Positions 43,601 through 53,213 of a stretch of DNA of 64,000 bases are shown here, piece after piece. The notes below the pieces were generated by a model. The model was not told the origin of the DNA. It was given only the letters and a program-made list of their open reading frames with translations, and ran no database searches. Position 1 is the stretch's first letter. Each line of letters opens with the position of its first letter. The stretch spans positions 2,728,001 through 2,792,000 of the forward strand of contig CM074811.1 in the NCBI GenBank assembly GCA_037447605.1, written 5' to 3'. The DNA comes from Zygnema circumcarinatum SAG 698-1b (lineage: Eukaryota; Plantae; Zygnematophyceae). The position numbers were made by a program, and so were the translations under genes.

Positions 43601-44378
43601 GGCGGGAGAGGGAGGCTCCCATGGTGGGAGAGAGAGGAGGGGAGAGGAGGCAAGGGGAGTCAGGAGGAGTGGCGGCTCTGCTCCCAGAGGGAGTGATGTC
43701 CTGCGCCGGGGCGTGCATCCATGGGCGGAAGTCCGGAGGGGAGGAGGTGGAGGAGGAGAGGCCGAGGGAGAGGCCCGCTGCGAGGAGGGAGGCGTGCAGG
43801 GAGGCGGGAGTGTCCTCGCCCAGGGAGCCGCTGCGGGAAAGAATGCGCACCCTCTCCCTCTCCCTCTCCCTCTCCCTCTCTCTCACCCTCTCACTCTCCC
43901 TCTCCCTCTCCCTCACCCTCTCCCTCTCCCTTTCTCTCTCCCTCTCCCTCTCCCTCTCCCTCAACCAATCCCTCTCCCGTTCACTCTCCCTCTCCCTCTC
44001 CCTCTCCCTCACTCTCTCTAACTCTCTCTCCAAGGGCTCCGTCCGGGCCCCGAACCCTACAAGCTCCGCCAGATTCTCCAGCACGACTGTCACCGGGGGC
44101 GTCTGTCCGGGGTATGGCGTGCTCATGGCAGCCGCGCTGGCGACGAGCGCCTGCAGGTCGCTGAACCCTGCCCGCAGATCCGTGCCATGGAATGCGCTTC
44201 TCCCGTCCTGAACCCCCCTCCTCCCCCTCCCCCTCCCCCCTCCCACCCCCCCTCCTCCCCCTCCCCCTCCCCCTCCCCCTACCCCCCCCACTCCCACACC
44301 CAAAAGCAGAGAGTCTGTCGACGGCCATGGTGCCGCCCCCATGTCGAGCTGCTGCTGCCTCCTGCGTGGGTCATCCAT
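40605..44378 (-). CDS. Group I WRKY transcription factor, intronless; as assembled it has a duplicated N-terminal half (about 820 aa after collapsing)
   Basis: N-terminal domain WRKYGQK + C-X4-C-X22-H-X-H (42207-42227 and 43515-43535). C-terminal domain WRKYGEK + C-X4-C-X23-H-X-H (41025-41045). The ORF is continuous. The likely ATG (MDDPRR) is at 44378. Confidence 0.9.
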   Translation of the reverse strand: MDDPRRRQQQLDMGAAPWPSTDSLLLGVGVGGVGGGGGGGGGGGVGGGRGRGRRGVQDGRSAFHGTDLRAGFSDLQALVASAAAMSTPYPGQTPPVTVVLENLAELVGFGARTEPLERELERVRERERERESERERDWLRERERERERERERERVRERERESERVRERERERERERVRILSRSGSLGEDTPASLHASLLAAGLSLGLSSSTSSPPDFRPWMHAPAQDITPSGSRAATPPDSPCLLSPPLSPTMGASLSRPHSPAPSQGLPSALDPLEDGFAWRKYGQKVAKGALHPRSYYRCAQGGCPAKKTVELSGDGAVTEIVYKEEHNHSQTRPRVTRVAVPMGGVKVEDGEREREREREREVKVEAESEQQGSWWVGNGGGGGGGGGGEQVRGWEGGRGAGGGEIEFEWEGTRRTSGGGLEHIAAAILEQRERHRGEQDLFGAAGDPPLQRPPSPDIELPIARSIQGGGDASLYPTPKFXXXXGGGGVQDGRSAFHGTDLRAGFSDLQALVASAAAMSTPYPGQTPPVTVVLENLAELVGFGARTEPLERELERVRERERERESERERDWLRERERERERERERERVRERERESERVRERERERERERVRILSRSGSLGEDTPASLHASLLAAGLSLGLSSSTSSPPDFRPWMHAPAQDITPSGSRAATPPDSPCLLSPPLSPTMGASLSRPHSPAPSQGLPSALDPLEDGFAWRKYGQKVAKGALHPRSYYRCAQGGCPAKKTVELSGDGAVTEIVYKEEHNHSQTRPRVTRVAVPMGGVKVEDGEREREREREREVKVEAESEQQGSWWVGNGGGGGGGGGGEQVRGWEGGRGAGGGEIEFEWEGTRRTSGGGLEHIAAAILEQRERHRGEQDLFGAAGDPPLQRPPSPDIELPIARSIQGGGDASLYPTPKFMVFHPTRLDSVGSNLSQNLLEEVLPAKVKVEEPDQSEGIFWQSAAAGGGGGLGGGGGGEGGSFRRSLTPIPLGPIVTTRNWGPSAWEIRDSETPDSCSPLRSPALSNPWSPCGSTMSAPDDMEGYSGDSWDLGFRKRKGETLDSSPASSAPMGGFEFGELSPNSKKRSRNASIERVTVRIRFGEEDLEDGYKWRKYGEKAIKNSPFKRSYFRCTKEGCKVLKQMERSQVEPDYLLATYEGKHIHGPPLVSRMWHTPVGVVTSQINPALAAAMAGLGVKSEPSSPSRVIVRDKSPFTQALQLHRGAEVESNVIEPTLDVERDLADLTDLPNLDEVLAVM
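41622..44227. repeat. 1298-bp apparently identical tandem duplication around a 10-N gap (probable scaffolding artefact)
   Basis: 41622-42919 is repeated at 42930-44227 (offset 1308) with N x10 at 42920-42929 exactly at the junction; the ORF track shows identical peptides at +1308. Confidence 0.85.
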
Positions 44379-44481
44379 GGCGGACGGGGAGGGCGCCAAC
44401 CCTAATCGCCTTCCTCCCTTAGGGCCCGCGGGCGGGAGGGGGGGAACCTTAGCCGGGGGGAGGGAGCTGACGTGGCACCCG

Positions 44482-44610
44482 AGTCAAAGGGTAGACCAAT
44501 GGTGGACGTTTTGGGGGGGCGGGCAGCCAATGGGAGGGATCGCACGTGTTAAGTCAATGGCGGCGACCGAATGGAGGGTTACGATTGGTCGAGATCTCGC
44601 GGATGGTCAA
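44482..44610 (-). promoter_or_regulatory. Cluster of three co-oriented W-boxes (TTGACY) just upstream of the WRKY gene
   Basis: AGTCAA at 44482-44487 and 44552-44557 and GGTCAA at 44605-44610; two more at 45258-45263 and 45275-45280. Confidence 0.5.
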
Positions 44611-46399
44611 AGAAAGTCGTTGCGCTGACAACTCTTTCAACTCTACGGACAGGTTGGGCCAATGGGGAGGGGGGTGGACTCTTGGAGGCCAGGATTGGAC
44701 ATAGTTTTGGGGTGAAAAAATGTCAGGGAGAGAAAAAAATGGGGATATTATGGGATTTGTTCGGTTGTGGGAGAGGGATGAAGCGCATTGGGCGGGCCGT
44801 ACACGGGCAGAAAGAAAGGAAATCATTTAGAGCGGGAAAAACTGAAAAAGTGTGTACGAACGAACATTGCTAATTGTACGGCAACGCGGTTCGACGCGCT
44901 GACGCTGGCAGGTTTGGCGCACGTGATTGGTCCACAGGCCAGGACAAGCTGGTTAGGATCTGATATTGTGTCGTTTTCAATTACGACGCTTGTTTGGGAA
45001 GTAATCTTGGCGGCGCGCAGGGTCACGACGGCTGGCAATTCGTACGACCACCGGGCGGCAGCGATTCAGCATTTAAGACACGACCAACCTGCGGGTGGCG
45101 CGTGGCAAAACGTGCGATTTTTGCAGGCCGCGAAAGTCTAGGCGGTGGCCGGCAGTTTTGTCGCTTTGTGCCGCCCGGGCGGCTCTGAACCCTTGGCTCA
45201 GAAAAGACAGGCGTCGCGACACTTGAACCAAAAAACTGATTTTGTCTTGAATTGGACGGTCAAGATTTCGTGAGTTGACTTTTCGGCTGATGTGCGCCCT
45301 TGGATCTTTGGACTATTGTACTTTTCCGTTGTTTGTGCCCGCATTTCTGCGACGTTGTTCAATGTCTGCGACTGTGCGACGCCATACGACGATCTTGCGA
45401 CTTCGGTGCGACTGAATGTTATGATCGCCGGCGGATACCTGAGCGCGTGCGACAGACAGGGCGACGGGTCGCGATTGGCGCCCGAAGTCGAGGGAAGGTC
45501 GGCCAATGGGAGACTGCCACGTCTCCAGGATATTCGTTCGCTGCGATACAGCGGTACGGCCAGTTACCGCGCGGGATCGATCCATAAATTCGGAGCCGAA
45601 TTCCGAGCGGACAAGTGGAATCTAGATCGGACCGTTAGATCAATCGTTGGCATTTGGTGCAACTTTTCGTCGGTGGATCCTGCCGACATGGTTGAGCCTG
45701 GGGTCCAACAGGTCTTCAACCGTTGGCTTTCAAGCATTGGGTGCCGACTAGTCATTGGTTGCCAATGGTTGGTTGCTCAACCAATGGCCCGACCTATGGA
45801 GCATATATAAACCGATAGTGCGGGGCCGCCGACGCAAAGCGTACAACAGAGGAAAGAACAATGACATGTTGAAAAACTCGCAAGTTTGTGTCTAGTTTAC
45901 CCATTTCAATCTCTAGCTTATCACATTGCTCTTATTTCACATTGGTCTACTCATAATCGAATGTAGAAAACAAAAACAAAAGTACCTGATCCTCTGCTAA
46001 GTCCTCAAATAGACATGGGAACATTGAGGCGAGGCTGCCTAAATACTGCCTACGTTTGAATTATGAGTCCTCTATGGCTGCACAGAACCTGCTCATAGTC
46101 TTCTTATGCGAGCTCAGCTCTAGGACTTAAAAATTGAGTTGATCTTCATTTGAAGGAACCCCGGAGACCAGTACACTATTGCCACCACCTTCCCACCACA
46201 ACACTTTTTGGCGTTTAGGGTCGAGGATTCCAAGTTTAGGGTTCAGAGTCTAGCGCTCAGAGAAAAAACGGAGCAGAAACTGGGAGGGCTTTGCAATGTT
46301 GTGACCTCACACACTTGTCAGGATGCCACGTGTGCAGTCTTCCACAAGGGCTCCCCGCACCACAGCAAAACCAGAAGCGGTAAGCGCACACCTCTCATC

Positions 46400-49300
46400 C
46401 TATAGAGCGGTCGGCACAGGCCGAGGTCCGCCCCCCTGCTCTCTGCTGGAGGCGAGGGCGGCTTCGATGACGGCGAGGTCCCTGAGGGCTTCCCCGGGAG
46501 AGCTGCACCAATGGCTGCTGTGGGCCATAGAACCGCCCTCCTTCGCAGCACTTCCCTGCATAGCAACAACATAGACTTCACCCGCAGTCAGTCACTGGCA
46601 GTGAGAAACATGGCCGGGCAGGAAAGGAAAGGAAAAGGAAAGGGAGGCCTGTGGGGACTCCTTATTCTTCTTCTTCTTCGTCGTCTTCTTCCTCTTCTTC
46701 TTCTTCTTCTACTTCGTCTTCTTCTTCTCCTTCGTCTTATTCTTATTCTTAAGAAGCAGCCGATTCAGATGCTTTCCAAAGGTCAGCTGGACTGACTGGG
46801 TTAGAAGGAAGGGATGGGGCCCGTACCACATCCCGCGCAAATGCTTTGAGCTCCTCCTCCACACCGGCCAGTGCGTGAAAGCTGCGCTGTGCCGGACCTT
46901 GTCTTGGAAACATAGTCACCTGAAATAAGCAGACCACTAGAACTTTGAAAAGAAAGCAAAAGAGACTTACTAGGGCAGTATTATTTCGCTGCTCTCAAAC
47001 ACAGCAACAATTTACTAGTTCTTGAGCCAATCCCATGCTGAGATATACTCCGTGTTCCTGCCCTGCACTCTTTCCCCCTCTCTCACCAACTCTCATCCTC
47101 TTTCTCTATCTTCCTCCTTTCTCCCTCCCTCTGCAGAGTTGAAAGCGAGCAGCCCCTCACCAAGTAGCCGAACTTCCCCTCATGAAGCCCTCGATCTGCC
47201 TCCACAGCGCCGTCTCTACACACCACCCTCCATGTCATCTGCAGCCGCAAACTCGCCCCTCATTCAGCCTCCTCCTTCAAGCATGCAGGGCTGCTCACCC
47301 AACTGCAGGCAGGAGGGAGGGAGGGAGGGAGGGAGGGAGGGAGGGANNNNNNNNNNGGGAGGGAGGGGGGGAGGGAGGGAGGGAGGACCCTTACTTTGTT
47401 CGCACAAGAGGAGAAGGATATGATCATCGTTCCTGTGCAGCCATTGGCCAGAGTCCTGACAGGCGGAACAGAAGCTTCAGCATTGTTAGCAAGGGACGGG
47501 TAAAGGCAGAAAGCAGCCTCCCTCCTCTTCCCAGCGTTAAAGAAATTAGGGTTTCCAGTGGCAGAGGAGGCCTGCCTGCCAGACTTACATGGTAGCCACG
47601 AGAGTATCAGGAGGAGGGACGCTCTCGTCACGGTGGGAGGCGATACCAGTCACGCTCACCACCTCCTGCCCAGTCATCTGCAGCCACGTGGCACAGGGCT
47701 CAGAGGCCCTACAGTTTTCCTCCATTCATTTCCCTTGCCGCTGAAAAGAGGAACAGAGGCCTCACCAAGCGCAGGGCCGCCACATAGTGCACTCCGCAGT
47801 CTGTAATGAACGCTCCCTGCTTCCCCCCACAACCCCTCCACTCAGGCCTCGATCTCCAACCCCCCCTCCCACACCCGCCTTCCCCCCTTCCCCNNNNNNN
47901 NNNCCCCTCCCCCTCCCCCTCTCCCTCTCCCCAACGTCTGCAGAGGCCCTGAGGAGTCCCCACCATGAAGTTCGGATCCCTCCGCCACTCGCAGGTGAAG
48001 TATTTGCTGCGAGCGGTCATGGGCACCTCCACGTCGACCTGCACCACCACCATGGGGCCAAGGTCCTGCACCAACCGGCCCGCCTGCAGGGGACATTCGT
48101 TTTTAGCTCCCTTCTACTACTTTTGAAGTCAAAGGTTGTCAGCAAGAATGGAGGAACGGAACGAGCAGACTAATGCTGAAAACTACGCAAGGAAGCTCTC
48201 GGAAGTTTTACATCGGTAAAACTTGCACCAAGCGAGCTACGTGGGATATCCAAATGGTAGCGATTTCTGACTGAAGCATGAGGCAATCAATCACTCACAA
48301 GAGTATCAACAAAAGATGTACGGTAAACCCAAAAAAGTAGTCGAACTGATCCCTAACCTCCCCTCCCCGTCTAAAGGATGCCGACATGAGGCTTCATAGA
48401 AGAAGCAGCCCCCCTCCTCCCTGCAGACCTACCTCATGCAGAGCCGGCTCGAACCGAAAATTTTCTGCCACTGCCCAAATGGGCGCTGAACCCTTCTCGG
48501 AAGCCATGGCTGTGTGAGCTTTCAGAATCGCTTGCCCCTCCGCCAAAGCTGGTCCGAAATTTCGCCACTTTGGTCAGTAGAGGCAGGAGGGGTCTCCCAT
48601 CTCTTTTCGTCTGCAAACTCAGGATTCGCAGGCTAATCCAAAAGGGCTCTCGTTTGAGCAGAACAGGGGGAACATACATACTTGCTCCCACGGGCTTCTC
48701 TGCACAGCAGGCAAAGTATCTTACTTCGTTATAGTGTGAGATAGTGGAGAGGTGGTCAAAAGCTTTACATTTGATCTAGTTGCAAGATTATGTAAAGGCA
48801 TGCATGTATGCATGCATGCGTACCTTGCAGCACATGTTTGCCGGCTCGAAGGACCCTCATCACGATCTCTGGCTGCAAATCCACTCGCCCATGATAAATG
48901 AAAAACAAGCGATAAAAATGAAACTGCAAGTCGAAGGTCTGAATATGAGGTCATCAAGTGATGCCTTTCCAAATGCAGCATGTTCCATTTGAAACTGCCA
49001 ATGAAAACTGATGCTTGGATCGGGAGGAGCAAGACTGCCATAGGTGACTTCTTCCACAAAAGCCCTACGGTTGGAAGTGCGTTGTAAACTTTCTCAAATG
49101 AAAACCTTTCTGCTCCGTACTCGAAATTTTTCAACGAAAAGGCCTTTGCCATCTCCCCCACCCATGCTCCCCACCCCTCGCCACATCCTCCTCCCCCCAT
49201 CTTGCCTCCTCCCACCCCTCTCCTCCCCACGCTCTTCCCTTCCACCTCCCTCCCACCTCCCCCCCCTTCCCCCCACTTCCCCTTCCCCCACCCTCCCCTC

Positions 49301-50560
49301 CCCATCTGCCCCCCCTCCTACCACTCTTGTCCCCCCCTTCTCCCCCCCACCCCCCTCTCTCTACCCACGCCTTACCCCGTCTCTCTCTCCCCCCACCCCC
49401 CTTCTCTCCCCCCCCGGGCCCAGTGGGTGTAGGGGGGGACTCACTTGCACTTGAATGGGCAGCACCACCGCACAGCACTGAACTTCCGGCGAGTTCAGGA
49501 TGGTAGCGAGCCCCGCATCGCCATGGACTGCTTCCGCGTGAGGGCTCCACTCCCTCACCTCCTCGAGCAGCCTCTCCGCCGCCTCCTGCACTCACTCCAC
49601 ATTGCCCCTCACTCGCATTCACAGTCTCAGTAATCACGATGGTTTGTGGGCTGACAAACAAACAACAGGTAACATTCTCCAATGGGGGACAGTTTAGACA
49701 GAGCCCCTTCCCAGCTTTGTGCAATAGATGGTTCCTCATGCTTATGCTCACATCTTCTTTCTACAGAGAGAGTTTTTGTGGGATTTGTGGAATCCAAGAG
49801 TTTCTTAGGGGGAAAAGGGGGGGGAGAGGTGGGCGGGGGGGGGTTCAAACAAGGATCGTCAGCAAGCTCAATTTATATCTTGCCATACGGACCACTCCAA
49901 AATGCTCCAAAAAAAACTGCATCGCAGAGAAGCCATGCAAAATACTTTTTCTGAACCACTACTGTAGCCAAAGCATCACAAACAAAAATCTGGGAGTTTG
50001 ATGCAGTTTGTGAAACAAAAAATCAAAACGGAGGCCTTGTTCCGGGTTGCAACGCCCACATTAGTCCCAAACATCTCAATTTAACATAGCTGAAACGCGA
50101 GCATAAAATGTACCTCAAAAACCTGAATAAGCTGCAAGGGGAGTGAGGTAAGGAGCCCAGACCATACATTTTCTGAAACAATGAGAATTTAAATATGAAT
50201 GCAAGAGATTTAGTACTTAATGGTGCCCCTTGGACCTCCCTTACCCCATGCCAGAAGTCAGAAAAACATTGCAGGTTCGCAGGCTATGATGTCTTCTCCT
50301 ATTAAAGCGGCACGACGCGTGTTCTACACTCCAAAGACTCGGCGGAACGAAGAGAGCGAAGCGCTGGAAGCCCTCGCTTTCGCGAGTGGGGATTGAGCCG
50401 ACGGAGGGAGAGAGGGAGGGAGGGAGGGAGGGAGGGGCACCTGTGAGCGGCTCCAGAGGAAGCGGAGAGAGATCTCGGACGTGAGGTCGCGCAGCACGGG
50501 GAGGTAGGCATCGCGTGCGAAGATGCCCGCGCCGAGCAGGGCCATGGCGGCCGGAGCCAT
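46400..50560 (-). CDS. Gfo/Idh/MocA-family NAD(P)-dependent oxidoreductase (At3g20790-like)
   Basis: Exons approx. 50560-50441, 49585-49445, 48872-48824, 48699-48682, 48548-48433, 48083-47964, 47816-47766, 47677-47589, 47455-47395, 47238-47161, 46919-46827 and a last exon ending at TAG 46402-46400. Rossmann ALLGAGIFARDAYLP; LRAGKHVLQEKP; WAVAENFRFEP; GAFITDCGVHYVAALR; GVEEELKAF; EALRDLAVIEAAL. The penultimate junction is uncertain. Confidence 0.88.
46663..46752. repeat. (CTT)n imperfect microsatellite in an oxidoreductase intron
   Basis: ttattcttcttcttcttcgtcgtcttcttcctcttctt... seen directly. Confidence 0.8.
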
Positions 50561-51021
50561 GGCGCCTCAAAAAGGCAGAAAAGCGCTCTTCTCTCTCTCG
50601 AGCTTGGATGTACAATGCCAAGATGTTATTCTTCCAGCCTGGAAAGAAAGTGGAGACCGGCTCACGCCTTGTGCAGTGCGGGCATGTGCGCGGGAGCAGG
50701 AAGGAAACGGGAGGAAGAATGGGTGGAGATTGCCTGTGTTTTGGAGATGAAAATGATGATGATGATGCAAATTTGGCTAAGAACAGAGCCACCTCGAAGC
50801 GATTTATGGTCCCGCGCTCCTCCACATTCAGGCGGTGCTTCGCTTACGCCCAGCCCCGCCCGCGACTCTCCTTGTGAGACTCCGAAGCTTGTTCCGTCCG
50901 GCTGGGGCACACAGTGCGCGAAGACTTGGCCACGACTATGAGTGCGGTCGCGAAGGCGAGCGGGTAGCTAATCTTACCCCTAAAGTAATTATCTGTTTGA
51001 AAAAAGAAAAAAAATGTGTTT

Positions 51022-51060
51022 ATTTGATGCATCGCCTTCGTGAGATCAATGCCATTTTCC
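51022..51060 (+). repeat. Short copy of the retroelement 3' terminal motif in the oxidoreductase/HemD divergent promoter
   Basis: atttgatgcatcgccttcgtgagatcaatgccattttcc versus atttgatggcatcgccatcgtgagatcaatgcca at 28451. Confidence 0.7.
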
Positions 51061-51241
51061 TTCCACACCTCTCTTTCGCTCATGTGGGCGCGTCAAAATT
51101 TGAGATTGCGCTACGGGAGGTTTCTGAAAACAGTACTCTCATGTTGGAATATATACTTTATTCGCTGGATTACAATAAACTAGTTTCGGGTACGAAACTT
51201 TCTCGGAATGTGAAAGTTTCACACGCTTCGTGCTCGCCGCC

Positions 51242-52498
51242 ATGGCTGCCGCTCCGCCCTCCATTGGCGGACCTCGGGTGAGTTCTCGCCATGGCTCGGC
51301 AGAAAGCAGCGAGGGGCCGCCTCGCTGCTCCAGGGCCCATGTGTCCAGTTCCCCCCACACAGGCAGAGGGGCGTCTTGGAAGGCTGGGTTTGCAGCATGC
51401 GGCTCACAGCCAGTGCGCTCTGTTGGAAATTTTAGAAACTCCCGCTGTGGCCTCCTTTCTTTTATAAGTGTTTGCTCCCATGCGGAGGACGCAGTTCAGA
51501 TTGGGAGTCTTAGAGGGAAGAGAGTGGCACTGACAACTCCGCAGCCTTACATGAACAGGCTTGCAGCCCTTCTGGAAGCTCAAGGAGCAGAGATTTTGCA
51601 AGTTCCAACCGTTTCTACTGAGATTACGAACGAGGAAATATGTGCGCTTGCTCGTATGATAGGAGATAGGGGAGAGGGATTCGAGAAATTTTGTGGAATT
51701 GCATTCACATCAAGGAACGGGATCGATGCTCTGTCTCTTGCTCTGGAGATGATTGGCAAACCCTTCGTATTTCGCCCTCAGTCAAACAATCCATTTCTGC
51801 TTTGCGCGCTTGGAAGGGACTCTGACGCCCTAAAGAAGCTTAGCCCTTGGTTCTCCGGCTCTCATGTTTACTTTCTGACTCCTGACATTGCTACGCCTTT
51901 GGGCCTAGTGGAGGCGCTTGGTGATGGGAACGGGCGGCAAATCCTCTGCCCTGTACCGCGCGTCCTTGGTCTTGACGAGCCATTTGTCGTTCCTCAGTTT
52001 TTGCAGAGCTTACTCAACAAAGGGTGGCTGCCTGTTAGGGTTGATGCTTACAGGACCCGGTGGTGTGGGCCAGACTGCGCCGCACCCCTCCTTGAGAAAT
52101 GCGCAAATTCAGTAGAGGACTGTGCAGGGCAGGATGAGAATGCGCATCAAACCCTCTTCTCGATGTCAGCGAGTTTAGGATTAGAACATGAGTCAATGAT
52201 GAGGGGCGGCAACAATCCAGTCAGGGATCCTCGTCGTTTGAAAGTTGCGGCTGATGCAATTATAGTTACAAGTACTGCAGAGGTTGAAGGGCTGCTGAAG
52301 AGCTTTGAGCGTATGGGGGTTGACCCTTTCACCATTTTGGGTGAAGGTAAAGGGAAGTGTGTGGTTGCAGCCCACGGCCCCGTCACAGCTGAAGGAGCCA
52401 GAATGCTAGGCCTTAGTGTAGACATTGTTGGAAATAATTTTCAAAGCTTTGCGGGAGTTGTTGAAAGCCTTAGCCAATATTTCAATGAATGCCCGTAA
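51242..52498 (+). CDS. Uroporphyrinogen-III synthase-like (HemD-fold) protein with a predicted plastid transit peptide; intronless
   Basis: Single ORF (ATG at 51242). A/S/R-rich N-terminus, then LRGKRVALTTPQPYMNRLAALL...PTV, GIAFTSRNGI, CALGRDS, ILCPVPRVLGLDEPFVVPQFL, VRVDAYRT, DAIIVTSTAEVEGLL, AAHGPVTA, which match the cyanobacterial-type HemD pattern. Confidence 0.78.
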   Translation: MAAAPPSIGGPRVSSRHGSAESSEGPPRCSRAHVSSSPHTGRGASWKAGFAACGSQPVRSVGNFRNSRCGLLSFISVCSHAEDAVQIGSLRGKRVALTTPQPYMNRLAALLEAQGAEILQVPTVSTEITNEEICALARMIGDRGEGFEKFCGIAFTSRNGIDALSLALEMIGKPFVFRPQSNNPFLLCALGRDSDALKKLSPWFSGSHVYFLTPDIATPLGLVEALGDGNGRQILCPVPRVLGLDEPFVVPQFLQSLLNKGWLPVRVDAYRTRWCGPDCAAPLLEKCANSVEDCAGQDENAHQTLFSMSASLGLEHESMMRGGNNPVRDPRRLKVAADAIIVTSTAEVEGLLKSFERMGVDPFTILGEGKGKCVVAAHGPVTAEGARMLGLSVDIVGNNFQSFAGVVESLSQYFNECP

Positions 52499-53213
52499 GT
52501 GCCCACGCCGCTCTTTTTAGTGCCACGGGTCTCTTTGCATTGTCTTAGAATTTATCAGCCAACTGTTCTTCACACACACTGTTCAATGCAAGCATGTACA
52601 GCAATGGGGTGTACTATTGAAGCCGACGATTTGCAATCACGGGAGAACCTGACAAGGTTTGAACTAGGCAAGAAAGTTATCCCACGTTATTCCAAAAGAT
52701 GATGGTCACCCTCACGAGCTCACACCACGCCATACCTACAAAAACACGACTACAGGAGATCTCTTTCACAGGCTGCAGAGTTGAAGACTACGCAGCTGAA
52801 TGCAGCTGCAAGTGCTTGCAAGGTTCAAGCGCCCAAGGTATACGGATGCTCTTGAAAAGTGCTTCATTTTTTAAACAGTTCACAGTACTAGGTACAAGTA
52901 TCACTGGCGCCTTTTTGCAATAATGAGGACTAATAGAAGTGCGCCTCTACATGAAGTAGCCGGGTTGGCCCGATCCACTTGCTGGTCTGGCCCTCGCTGT
53001 GAATCACTCCAATAAGGAGAAACAACTCATCCCAACGTGCATTCTCAGCAGCAGTACTTAAAGGTTCTTCTCCCAGAAAATGGTCAGCTTCCTATGGATC
53101 TGGGTGAAGAACAACTGAACCGCAACTGCAGCTACATAGCGCATGTACAATAAACATCTCCCAGGTCATAACAGAGTTGCAACGATACACCTCCGTCTAA
53201 TGTTGGTCACGCA

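Noticed and set aside
40605-44399. 1264-aa WRKY with three WRKY domains as a novel architecture
   Set aside because: The extra domain comes from an apparently identical 1298-bp duplicate across a 10-N gap; treated as an artefact pending read evidence.
45292-45810. 172-aa ORF between the WRKY promoter and the oxidoreductase
   Set aside because: No recognisable motif, non-ATG start, and equally long ORFs on both strands in GC-rich promoter DNA.
50055-50110. TAGTCCCAAACATC resembling the plant snRNA upstream sequence element
   Set aside because: It mismatches the RTCCCACATCG consensus, there is no properly spaced TATA box, and no recognisable snRNA follows; it lies in an intron.
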